64,000 nucleotides of DNA from Candidatus Obscuribacterales bacterium (GTDB lineage: Bacteria > Cyanobacteriota > Vampirovibrionia > Obscuribacterales > Obscuribacteraceae). A program made the position numbers and the translations under genes. This document shows positions 19,487-28,202 of the stretch, piece by piece (the first letter of the stretch is position 1; every line of letters begins with the position of its first letter). The DNA lies in the NCBI GenBank assembly GCA_965228855.1, contig CBDDIJ010000002.1, forward strand, positions 672,001-736,000, in the 5' to 3' direction. The notes under the pieces were generated by a model, which was given only the letters and a program-made list of their open reading frames with translations, was not told the origin of the DNA and ran no database searches.

Positions 19487-21015
19487 GCTCTCACTCCAAT
19501 CTTTTCTTTAACAACTTTGGCGCAGTTATATCCAGCTATTCCTGTGACGTTGCCACCGCCAAAAGTGCCAGCGCCACATAAAAACAGGTTTTCGACAGGG
19601 CTTGCATACGGCTCACAGCCAGCCAAATTCCGTTTTTCAAAAACATATTCGCCGGTCAACGGCAAATGCCAACACATCGCAGTCGACGCGCCATATCGCG
19701 TTTTCAAATCTTCAGGCGTCACTATGAAAGTGTCCGCTATCATCTCTTCGATGTTAGGCGCAAACGGTTTTAGCGCCGCAATAACCGCAACACGAATAAG
19801 CTCCTTCGATGATTCGTTCCACGCCTCGCCGTTGTTCGTCACCGGCATCGTATGGATGTCGATGTTCATGTGATGCTGTCCTGCAGGGGCGACCGTATCA
19901 TCTGTGACGGTTGGGAACGCCATCGTCATCATGAGATGTTCGGGCATCTGACCATTCGAGACCCGCTTGAAGTCTGATATCACACCATCCACCGGAGGGG
20001 CGACGACAATGATGCCCGCGTAATTATGATTCAATGAATCCAGTGTCGGGAAAGTCGGCAAGCCCTTCAGGAGAAAATGAACTTTGCATGCCGACACCTG
20101 CGTCATCGGTGAATTGATTTGCCTGTTCAGCTCGTCGGATAGCTGTACACCAGGAACCAGGTTCTTCAACGTTGAATAAGGGTCGACGTTGGAAACCACA
20201 ACATCAAATTCCTCGACCGATCCATCTTCGAGCAAAACGCCCCTGGCGCGCCCATCGACAACGTTGATTGAGGAAACTCTTACGCCCGTTTTAATATTGA
20301 CGCCGCTCGCCTGAGCACTGCTCGCGATCGATTCGCTGACCTTGCCCATACCGCCGCGAACCTGTCCCCAGGCGCCTTCGATGCCACAGGTCTCCGCGGT
20401 GCCGTGATGCATGCAACCAAAGACGCTGCCTTTGTTAGATGCAAAACCTGGTGTGCAGGTTGCGGCAGCTGCCTTGAGATCGGGATTTTTGCAGTAGTGA
20501 TCGAAGACGTCGAACAAACTGCCGTCGAAAAGATTGTCGGCGAGTACCTTGAGGTCGTTTTCACGCAATAGTTCAACTAATTGCTGACGGGTGGTTTTCG
20601 GCTTGTAATAGTAAGGACCGATCAGCGCAGCACCTTTTCCCATGTCGGTCCAAAACTGTATCCATCCCTTGCGGTCATCTTCGGTAAGCTCACCGGCAGC
20701 GATCTTCGATTCGGATCCATCGCGCGGAGTAAACACATAACCATTGTTTGGAAGCAAAACAATCTCAGCCGGATCGGTCAGGTACGGTTTAAGACCGTGA
20801 GCATCAAGCTTGAGGTCCTCGATTATCTGTCGACGAAACATACCGTAGTAACTGGCGACAGTCGAAATCTGATGCCCGGGAAAAATTTCCTCGGTTATGC
20901 ACAGCCCGCCGACGCGCTCACGCGCTTCGAAGACCGTGACATCGAATCCGTCCCTGGCAAGATATCCGGATAATACCAGACCATTGTGACCACCACCGAC
21001 GATACCGACTTTCAT
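19483..21015 (-). CDS. Phytoene-dehydrogenase-like FAD oxidoreductase
   Basis: IVGGGHNGLV, EARERVGG, RGGMG, LFLCGAGTFGGGNVTGIAGYN. Confidence 0.88.
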   Translation of the reverse strand: MKVGIVGGGHNGLVLSGYLARDGFDVTVFEARERVGGLCITEEIFPGHQISTVASYYGMFRRQIIEDLKLDAHGLKPYLTDPAEIVLLPNNGYVFTPRDGSESKIAAGELTEDDRKGWIQFWTDMGKGAALIGPYYYKPKTTRQQLVELLRENDLKVLADNLFDGSLFDVFDHYCKNPDLKAAAATCTPGFASNKGSVFGCMHHGTAETCGIEGAWGQVRGGMGKVSESIASSAQASGVNIKTGVRVSSINVVDGRARGVLLEDGSVEEFDVVVSNVDPYSTLKNLVPGVQLSDELNRQINSPMTQVSACKVHFLLKGLPTFPTLDSLNHNYAGIIVVAPPVDGVISDFKRVSNGQMPEHLMMTMAFPTVTDDTVAPAGQHHMNIDIHTMPVTNNGEAWNESSKELIRVAVIAALKPFAPNIEEMIADTFIVTPEDLKTRYGASTAMCWHLPLTGEYVFEKRNLAGCEPYASPVENLFLCGAGTFGGGNVTGIAGYNCAKVVKEKIGVRA

Positions 21016-21047
21016 TTTTTACTTCCTAACGGACCTTTCAGTCCCCA

Positions 21048-22328
21048 CTAACAGACACTGTCTTCGAGCACTTCGATAAATGCGTCAATTTCCTCTTTGG
21101 TGTTATACACCTGCAAGGAAACTCTTACATACTGGTCTTCTTCGCTTGCCTTGCTGACGCAGTGGTCGCCCGTGCGAACAAGAATGTTCTCACTGTCGAG
21201 CATGAAGCCGAGATCGGAAACCGACACTTCCTGGATGCGAAAAGCAAGAATGCCATATCCGCCAGGACAGCCGCAGCGTCCGGGACCGGGACCAAAATCA
21301 ACACCCGGGATTTCTTTAACCTTTTCGTAGAGATAACGCGTCAAATTTGAAAGACGCGCTGCGATGTTTTCGACCCCAATGTTTGAAACAAACTCAACGG
21401 CTGGAACGAGAGATAGTATCGATGGGATGTTCGGGGTGCCGGACTCGAGGAGATCTTGAAGCGTCGGCGCACTGAATTCGGTTTCACTTTCAGCGGAGAG
21501 CGTCGCGCCCATGCCACCTACGCGAACGGGGGTGAGCTCAGGCTGATACTTCTCGCTTACCCAGAGAACGCCCACACCGTTTCCAGCAAACATTTTGTGA
21601 CCAGAGAAGGAAACAAAATCGACGTCCAGTTCCTTCACATCTACTGGAATATGACTCACACTTTGGCTTGCATCGAGCGAGATGAGCACATCAGGTCCGA
21701 CGATTTCGCGAATGTCGGATACTTCCATGTCCATGCCGTAAACATGGTGAATATGAGACATGGCTATCAATCTGGTTTTCGAACTCACGCCTTCACGGAT
21801 GGTTCTCAAATCATAATCCCCGACGTCGTGAATCTCGAAGGGAACGATTTTGATGTTCTTACCAAACCCAGCCAGTATGCGCTTTACGTTAAACCAGGGC
21901 AGCACCGCAGACTTGTGGTCCTGCATGCAAAGCATGATTTCATCGCCGTCGTTTAAATTCGCAAGCCCCCAGGATAGAGCGACGGTGTTTAAACTGTCGG
22001 TCGCACCGCTTGTGAAAACGACGTCCTCGGGACGCGCGTTGATCAACCGCGCGACAGTGGCGCGGCTGTTTTGAATAGCTTGAAGAGTCTGGGAGGAGAG
22101 CCTGTAAGATGCGCGACCGGCATTGCTGCATGATTTCGAATAATATTCGTTGATTACTCGAATTACCTCGGACGGTTTTTGTGTCGTTGAGGCGTTATCG
22201 AAAAAACACACTCCCGGGCGTTCCTTCAGGATCGGGAACTGAGCACGGACGGCGGAGACATCGACGGTATCCTCGGCGATCGGTTTGATTTCGCAGGCGG
22301 TGCCTGCTGTCGCTAGAGTTGATGCCAT
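21048..22328 (-). CDS. SufS-like cysteine desulfurase / class V PLP enzyme
   Basis: FDNASTTQKP, DASQ, FSGHKM, ESGTPN and the RTGDHC catalytic-Cys motif. Confidence 0.88.
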   Translation of the reverse strand: MASTLATAGTACEIKPIAEDTVDVSAVRAQFPILKERPGVCFFDNASTTQKPSEVIRVINEYYSKSCSNAGRASYRLSSQTLQAIQNSRATVARLINARPEDVVFTSGATDSLNTVALSWGLANLNDGDEIMLCMQDHKSAVLPWFNVKRILAGFGKNIKIVPFEIHDVGDYDLRTIREGVSSKTRLIAMSHIHHVYGMDMEVSDIREIVGPDVLISLDASQSVSHIPVDVKELDVDFVSFSGHKMFAGNGVGVLWVSEKYQPELTPVRVGGMGATLSAESETEFSAPTLQDLLESGTPNIPSILSLVPAVEFVSNIGVENIAARLSNLTRYLYEKVKEIPGVDFGPGPGRCGCPGGYGILAFRIQEVSVSDLGFMLDSENILVRTGDHCVSKASEEDQYVRVSLQVYNTKEEIDAFIEVLEDSVC

Positions 22329-22381
22329 ACGATAAGTCTCCTACACTCCGGGTTCACTCAGTTGAGTAACTCAGTTTCCTG

Positions 22382-22418
22382 AAAAACGTTGCGAGCAGCG
22401 CGCTGCCGCCCGCAACGT
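22382..22418 (-). terminator. Intra-operon hairpin or terminator
   Basis: ACGTTGCGAGC...GCCCGCAACGT stem, followed by a T-tract on the minus strand. Confidence 0.45.
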
Positions 22419-22429
22419 CTGTTTAGAAC

Positions 22430-23782
22430 TTAGCTGACAGCGCCGGCCAGTTCGCGGTTTTTCTTTTTGATCGATTTCTCGGTCGGCATCGACGCATCAC
22501 GCCAGCCGACGAAGCCACCACTCAAGCTCGCACATTCGACGCCTTTGTCGGCATAGAAAGCGGCAAAGCGCTTGGACTGATCGCCTTGAGGGCAGACGAA
22601 GAGAACCTTCTGACCGTTTGAGAACGGAACTCCGGCGTCGGTGATCTCATCGAGTGCATCCGTGGGGATGTTGATGGAACCAGGGATTCTCGAGGCTTTG
22701 AACGCAAGGGCTCCACGCATATCAACAATGATGAGCGGCTCTTTCGAGTCGATCCACTTTTGCGCTTCTTGCGGAGTTACTTGCGGAGCAGCTTCTTGCT
22801 TTTCCGCCGAAACCTTTCTGATCGAATCTTCTTTCTCAGCCAGCGCAAACAAGGACGGACGCGCTTTCTGCAAGTACGAGAGGTACCATTCGACACGGTC
22901 GCATACGATGAACGCGGCTTTCTTGCGCTCGGTCAATGTCCCATCGATCTTCTTGAGATACTTGAGCGCTGCCGCCAAGCTCCCACCACCTGTGGGACCA
23001 GCAAGGATGCCGCATTTGCGAATCATCGTGAGCATGGCGTCTAGTGATTCGTCAGTGTCAACTACTACGATCTCGTCGTAGAAATCTTTGCGGAACAAAC
23101 CGACTTCATACATCTCGTCCTGGTTACGAATACCGGGGAGGAGGTGTCCTTTTGCTGCGATAACACCGACGTTCTTCATGTTCGGATTCTTCTCTTTCAA
23201 GAAGGTACCGGCACCGCGGGTAGAACCAGTCGTTCCCAGACCGCCGATGAAGTAGTCGATGGAACCTGCATCGTTATAGATTTCCGTCCCAGTCGTACCG
23301 TAGTGAGCGGTGATGTTTTTCTCGTTCGTATACTGTGAGGTGTGGAAATATTTGCCCGGCTCTTTTGCCATTTGTTGTTCGATAAATGTAATCGGATCGT
23401 TGGGGTCAGTCGGGTCCGGACATTCGCTCAAACCCGGCAGTTCATCGAGTTGCGCGCCGAGCAATTGCAGAATCTGTTTTACTTCTCTGACCTTGATTCT
23501 GTTCGTAACGATCTTGAATTCGACGTTATTGATCGAGCAAATCAATTGCATAGCCTTCGCCATGTTGCCGCTCGAGGATTCAATTACAGTCTTGCCTTCG
23601 CGCGCGATTTGTTCAATATCGTCTTTCAAAACATTCCAGCCGCTCTTGTCTTTGACAGAGCCGAATGGGTTCAGCAACTCGAGTTTGGCATACAAATCGA
23701 TGTTCTTCAGTCCGTGGATTTCAGGGCTGATTTCGAAAAGCGGTGTTTCGCCAATTAGCTCGGTAACATGTTTGACTAACAT
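22430..23782 (-). CDS. PLP-dependent cysteine synthase family protein fused to a rhodanese domain
   Basis: LNPFGSVKD, ESSSGN, GLGTTGS; C-terminal DMR...RIPGSINIP...CPQGDQS...GGFVGW. Confidence 0.9.
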   Translation of the reverse strand: MLVKHVTELIGETPLFEISPEIHGLKNIDLYAKLELLNPFGSVKDKSGWNVLKDDIEQIAREGKTVIESSSGNMAKAMQLICSINNVEFKIVTNRIKVREVKQILQLLGAQLDELPGLSECPDPTDPNDPITFIEQQMAKEPGKYFHTSQYTNEKNITAHYGTTGTEIYNDAGSIDYFIGGLGTTGSTRGAGTFLKEKNPNMKNVGVIAAKGHLLPGIRNQDEMYEVGLFRKDFYDEIVVVDTDESLDAMLTMIRKCGILAGPTGGGSLAAALKYLKKIDGTLTERKKAAFIVCDRVEWYLSYLQKARPSLFALAEKEDSIRKVSAEKQEAAPQVTPQEAQKWIDSKEPLIIVDMRGALAFKASRIPGSINIPTDALDEITDAGVPFSNGQKVLFVCPQGDQSKRFAAFYADKGVECASLSGGFVGWRDASMPTEKSIKKKNRELAGAVS

Positions 23783-23846
23783 TTTGGTATCTCCGGGGTC
23801 GTTCTTGGTGTGGGGTTTACGGTGAGTGGGAAAACTTTTCGGGGGG

Positions 23847-25361
23847 CTAGATGATCGAATACTGCTCGTCGAGCATCCATTCGAATTTACCGTTTCGCTG
23901 ACGTACCGCGACTTTACGCGCGATGGGTTCCATCATTGAATTGGTGGCACTGAAGTCCATGAAGTAACCGGATGTGTTTGGGAACACGACCAGGTCGCCC
24001 GGTTCAGGCAATTGGGTCAAGAATGTTTTATGGCGATAAACCAAGTCGCTCTCCAGGCAAAGGTTACCCGCGAAGAAAACGCCGTGTTTACCGGGCTTTT
24101 CGCAAGGCGTCTGATTGAGAACGATTGGATCGACGAAAATTTCCTGATCGAGGAAAGTCACGTCCTGACGCTTCATGTTCAAGTTTACGAGCTGATCGCC
24201 TGTGCTTGACGGTCTCAGATTGTTGACCGAAGCGACGGTGATTCCGGTTTGAGTGACGAGCGAACGGCCCGGCTCAATCCAGAGTTCGATCATGTTGTCG
24301 CGGAGAAGCGCTCCAGCTGTTTTATCCGAGAGGTTGGGGAATTGGTGCGAGAGAATTTCGTCGAGGAAGTCCGGTCCGGATTTGTCGTCGTAATAGTTGT
24401 AGCTGTTGAAGTTGCCGCGCAGCTTGCCCTTTTCGGCGTACATGCCAAAGGCGTTACCTTGCCAGGTCATCGAAGGACCGGTGCCGAGGACGGCTTCTTT
24501 CAAAGCGCTCGTATACTCATTCCACTCTTGTTCGCTTTCGAGATAGTTGACTTTGAAGCCGCCGCCAATGCAGAGCACGCGAGGCTCGAATCCGCGTCCG
24601 AGAGCATCTTCGTAGAGCTCGATGCAGTTCTCAATCGCGACTGCACGTTCCGTAATGCTGACTGTATCGAGGTGGAAGGAGAAGCCCATGAAGTCGAGCG
24701 CGTCTTCGTTTTCTTCGATAATATCGAATGCTTCTTCCAGCTCGTTGATGGTGATGCCGAACCGGCTGCCTTTGTTTAAAAACCGCGAGTGATCGGCGTG
24801 GAAACCGGACAGGCGAATGAGTACTTTCGTTGGTTTTTGTAGTTTGAGAAACTGTCTGAGTTCGAGAACCTGATTCAGTTCCCAAATGCTGTCAATGCTG
24901 ATCGTGATTCCTTGCTGAAGCGCCAGTGCGAGAAATTCGCGATTCTTTGGACCGGTAGCTTCGATGCGATCGCCGGTGAAACCGGAGGATAAGCCGTGGC
25001 GCAATTCGTTGAGAGAGGAAACGTCGAGGCAGGCGTTCTCATGCGCGAGCTGGCGAACCAGGCTGTCGGACGAATTGGTTTTATGAGCGAAGAAAACCTT
25101 GCCGCGCAAACCGTGCTTTTTGAAAAGGGCATTGAACGATTCGACGTTGTCGTGAACCAGCTCGGGGAACATGACGTTAAGCGGACTTCCAAGAGCCTTC
25201 ACAAGCTCCTGGAGCTTCGTTTGATCGGCGAGGAAGTCTTTGATGACCGGATGAATTTTCGGGGTCAATGTGAGGGCTGCATAGCTGGCGATCGGTGGCG
25301 CGTTCGCCGCGGTGGCTTCCTGGTTTGCGTTTTCGGTTTCTGTTTTCAACGTCGCTACCAT
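23847..25361 (-). CDS. Type III PLP enzyme, Orn/DAP/Arg decarboxylase family (Y4yA-like)
   Basis: FFAHKTN, ATGPK, SRFG, FHLD, IGGGF, IEPGRSL, GNLCLESD, NTSGYFMDF. Confidence 0.88.
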   Translation of the reverse strand: MVATLKTETENANQEATAANAPPIASYAALTLTPKIHPVIKDFLADQTKLQELVKALGSPLNVMFPELVHDNVESFNALFKKHGLRGKVFFAHKTNSSDSLVRQLAHENACLDVSSLNELRHGLSSGFTGDRIEATGPKNREFLALALQQGITISIDSIWELNQVLELRQFLKLQKPTKVLIRLSGFHADHSRFLNKGSRFGITINELEEAFDIIEENEDALDFMGFSFHLDTVSITERAVAIENCIELYEDALGRGFEPRVLCIGGGFKVNYLESEQEWNEYTSALKEAVLGTGPSMTWQGNAFGMYAEKGKLRGNFNSYNYYDDKSGPDFLDEILSHQFPNLSDKTAGALLRDNMIELWIEPGRSLVTQTGITVASVNNLRPSSTGDQLVNLNMKRQDVTFLDQEIFVDPIVLNQTPCEKPGKHGVFFAGNLCLESDLVYRHKTFLTQLPEPGDLVVFPNTSGYFMDFSATNSMMEPIARKVAVRQRNGKFEWMLDEQYSII

Positions 25362-25476
25362 GTTCGGTTCGTCCCTTTTGCGTGACTTGGAGGCTTGATG
25401 CGCGGTCGGCTTTCGACAGACTGTCTCACCTCTGGAGGTATCGGATGTATATCCAACCGGAAAGGTAACACGGAAA

Positions 25477-25491
25477 TGATTACTATTCGCA
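25477..25491. promoter_or_regulatory. Fur-like box TGATTAC-T-ATTCGCA
   Basis: Imperfect dyad about 115 bp upstream of the Y4yA-like operon. Confidence 0.45.
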
Positions 25492-25575
25492 AGAAGGAAA
25501 CAGTCTATTTCATAAACATTGTCACATCATTGCCGGAAGCTCTTGAAGCCCACACACACAGGCTTCTTTGGGATA

Positions 25576-25947
25576 TCAAGCGGAGGTTAATTGTTTCACA
25601 ACCTTGTTACAGCTGTCCTGTTCAAGGTGCGAATAATCTCCCCGCTCAAGTTTCCCGGTGACCCAGTCAATGGCGATGTGCAGACCGGTGAGGATGGCCT
25701 TGATCCGCTCAACCGTGTGTTCGTTGTGGCAGCGCTCCGCCTGCATTCGAGCCACCAGGAGCTTGATTATCAGGTTATTGACGGCGCGAATGCGGCAGTC
25801 GTACACGCCGAAACCGAGCGAGATAATCACGTGCCTGGCGTCCTGCGCCGAGTTGTTGATTGTTTTCAAGCGATTGATGGTCGGCTCGGGAAAGCCATCA
25901 AGCCAGCGGAAAAATCGATCGGCGACAAATGCTCTATCTGGAACCAT
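25576..25947 (-). CDS. Hypothetical protein
   Basis: Helical-looking 123-aa ORF with a Fur-like box just upstream; no recognised motif. Confidence 0.4.
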   Translation of the reverse strand: MVPDRAFVADRFFRWLDGFPEPTINRLKTINNSAQDARHVIISLGFGVYDCRIRAVNNLIIKLLVARMQAERCHNEHTVERIKAILTGLHIAIDWVTGKLERGDYSHLEQDSCNKVVKQLTSA

Positions 25948-25993
25948 AACAATGCAGCAGCTACGCCCACAGGCGGCGCCACCAATTCCTTTT

Positions 25994-26008
25994 TGCAAGT
26001 GATTCTCA
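25994..26008. promoter_or_regulatory. Fur-like box TGCAAGT-G-ATTCTCA
   Basis: Two mismatches to the 13063/28082 box and the same ACAA flank. Confidence 0.55.
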
Positions 26009-26065
26009 ACAAATCTATCCTACTAAATGAAACCGACTTGCGCAAGCCAGGTTTCTCCATCATCC

Positions 26066-26435
26066 CTACTATAAAAGACAGGACGAGCGAAGACGCAAAA
26101 CCATTACCAGCCATGGCTTTGCACAATCTACAGAATTTCCACACAGCCATTTGGCTACGAGAGAGCGACGGATTTCGCGAATTCCGTCATTGCAGGATAG
26201 ACAAGATTCTCTACTATAGAAGACAGGATAAGCAAAAGGCGCGAAACCATTTACAGCCATGGCTTTGCACAATCTACAGAATTTCCACACAGCCATTTGG
26301 CTACGAGAGAGCGACGGATTTCGCGAATTCCGTCATTGCAGGATAGCCAAACAGACGTTCGCCCGAGCAGGTGCTCCTACAATCCCTTACGGCACAAAGG
26401 TTTAGCGCCTCACTACATACGCTTATATATAGTAG
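26066..26435. repeat. Dispersed 54-bp-core element, locus B (cores 26151-26204 and 26297-26350)
   Basis: [CTACTATA left arm + core] x2, then a right arm ending TATAGTAG at 26435. Confidence 0.9.
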
Positions 26436-26451
26436 GACGGTTTGCGGGAGT

Positions 26452-27057
26452 TTAGATTTCTTCTTCGAGGGCGTCGAGGGCGCGTTCACATTCGTCGACT
26501 GACTGTTGAAGGAGTTTCCGGGCGCGCTCGATGCTGGCGGCCACACTGCGGTCTTTGTCGCTCATGAGCGAACGAACGCCGGCGTCGACCACCCGTTTCC
26601 CTTCATCCAACAAGGTTGAGACGTTATCCAGCGACTGCAGAACTTGCGAAACCGTGTTCGAGTCAAGGTTCGCCTTACAATCCTTGCAAAAACCGAAGAT
26701 GTCGAAGCGGCTCTCTTGATAGATGTAGCCTTTTCGCTCTGCAACTGTTTGACCGAAACCGCTGAGCAGATCATCGTGAAACTCAATGGTCAAGCCGCAT
26801 TTAGTACAAATCAAATGGTCGTGGTGCTCTTCGCCACTCACGGCTTCCCAGAGCTGGCCTCGCGCGCTCATAATGCTGCGAATTTCGCCCTGCTCGGAAA
26901 GCCGCTCGAGAGCTCGATAAATGGTTGATAAACTGACCTCGCCGCCCTGACCAATTATCCGGTCACGCAGTTCTTGCGCGCTAATATGCTGCCCCTGTGG
27001 CAGAGAAGCGAAGATGTCGAGCAATAGCTCTTTGGGTCGGGTTCTGCTTTTAACCAT
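26452..27057 (-). CDS. Fur-family regulator with C-terminal helical extension
   Basis: HISAQEL, VSLSTIYRAL, HHDHLICTKC, FGFCKDC, then about 70 aa of amphipathic helices. Confidence 0.9.
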   Translation of the reverse strand: MVKSRTRPKELLLDIFASLPQGQHISAQELRDRIIGQGGEVSLSTIYRALERLSEQGEIRSIMSARGQLWEAVSGEEHHDHLICTKCGLTIEFHDDLLSGFGQTVAERKGYIYQESRFDIFGFCKDCKANLDSNTVSQVLQSLDNVSTLLDEGKRVVDAGVRSLMSDKDRSVAASIERARKLLQQSVDECERALDALEEEI

Positions 27058-27148
27058 TTGTTGAGAACAGCGAAAGCGTCGCGGCAGACAAATCACCACG
27101 TCGTTCTATATATGTTATCTCAACAAATCCCGATCTGTTGCGTTTTTA

Positions 27149-28015
27149 CTAGTGCGCGATAACGGGATAAACATCCTGAGCTCTCGTCCGCCAGTATTCA
27201 AGGCGCTCTTCGTAGAAACTGACGTCGCCATAAAGCTCGTACAGCAGCTGGTACGTGGTGTCATCGCCGAGGTCGTAATAGCAGAACTGTCGAAGAACCA
27301 GATCTTCCGCCTGTTCCTGACGACGCCCCCTCAGGAGCTGACGCCCCTCATCGAGAATTCGGGCGCGAATCGATTGAGTCAGCACCGGAAGCTTTTTGAC
27401 GCTATTAGGTGGAAGACTTTCTTCATCTATCAGATCTTGAAGGTTTTCATTCAGATAACAGTCCAACATCAGATGAATTCGAGGTTCGGGACCGAAGTTA
27501 CAAGCGCTGTGAATCGCGGAATTCGGATTCAACTTCCAGAGATAACCGCGGTTCAAGTGAATAGCGGCACCCGGCATGACGATATGCGCGTTCGGATTGG
27601 TGACAATCGGCACGTGAAGACGAAACCGCGGAACCTGTTCGAGATAAACATAATCACGGTGCTCGTGCAAATAGCACCCAGGCTGCAACTTCAACAGGCG
27701 CGAAGCCATTATATTGAAGCCAAATCCCTCGAGAAGCTGTTTGAGAACCGGTAGGCGTTTGAGCAGTGCTGTCTGTTTCGGCTCTCTGCAATCCTTCCAG
27801 GAGAAGTTATTCTCCTCGCCGTCCGGGCTCATCAGCACCGCCACCTGCAGACCTGGAGACGCATATTCGGCGTAAGGTTCGTGCCACTCGATGTCCGGAC
27901 ACATAACTTCGCGCTCAATAGCGTCGAGGACGAATCCATCAACCGACGCCAGACGCGACACGAACGTCAGATACTCGTCCAGTGAAGCGGTACTCTTCGC
28001 CAATGCGCCTTGCAT
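27149..28015 (-). CDS. Aspartyl/asparaginyl beta-hydroxylase-like Fe(II)/2OG dioxygenase
   Basis: SRLLKLQPG, HEHRD, RLHVPIVTNP, HSACN, PRIHLMLD. Confidence 0.82.
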   Translation of the reverse strand: MQGALAKSTASLDEYLTFVSRLASVDGFVLDAIEREVMCPDIEWHEPYAEYASPGLQVAVLMSPDGEENNFSWKDCREPKQTALLKRLPVLKQLLEGFGFNIMASRLLKLQPGCYLHEHRDYVYLEQVPRFRLHVPIVTNPNAHIVMPGAAIHLNRGYLWKLNPNSAIHSACNFGPEPRIHLMLDCYLNENLQDLIDEESLPPNSVKKLPVLTQSIRARILDEGRQLLRGRRQEQAEDLVLRQFCYYDLGDDTTYQLLYELYGDVSFYEERLEYWRTRAQDVYPVIAH

Positions 28016-28081
28016 GACAGGACCTCTAAATCGGGAACTACTTTTCGATTATGGATCGATGTGCGTCGGTTTCAAATTATA

Positions 28082-28096
28082 TGCAAATCATTCTCA
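28082..28096. promoter_or_regulatory. Fur-like box TGCAAAT-C-ATTCTCA
   Basis: Identical to the box at 13063; about 66 bp upstream of the hydroxylase. Confidence 0.65.
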
Positions 28097-28202
28097 ACAA
28101 TTCTTACAGCTCAGAGCGACAGATTTTCGCAACCAGGTATGTCCAATTTCCAAGAGGTGTGGATATACACAGCCAACACCCAAACGTTACTAAAGGCAAC
28201 CG

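Noticed and set aside
19483..21015. Carotenoid pathway crtI/crtO
   Set aside because: No other crt genes; the context is amino-acid and sulfur enzymes
25591..26346. ORFs running through repeat loci (25591..26346, 8894..9643, 49633..50280, 34390..34746)
   Set aside because: They translate repeat DNA and show no protein motifs
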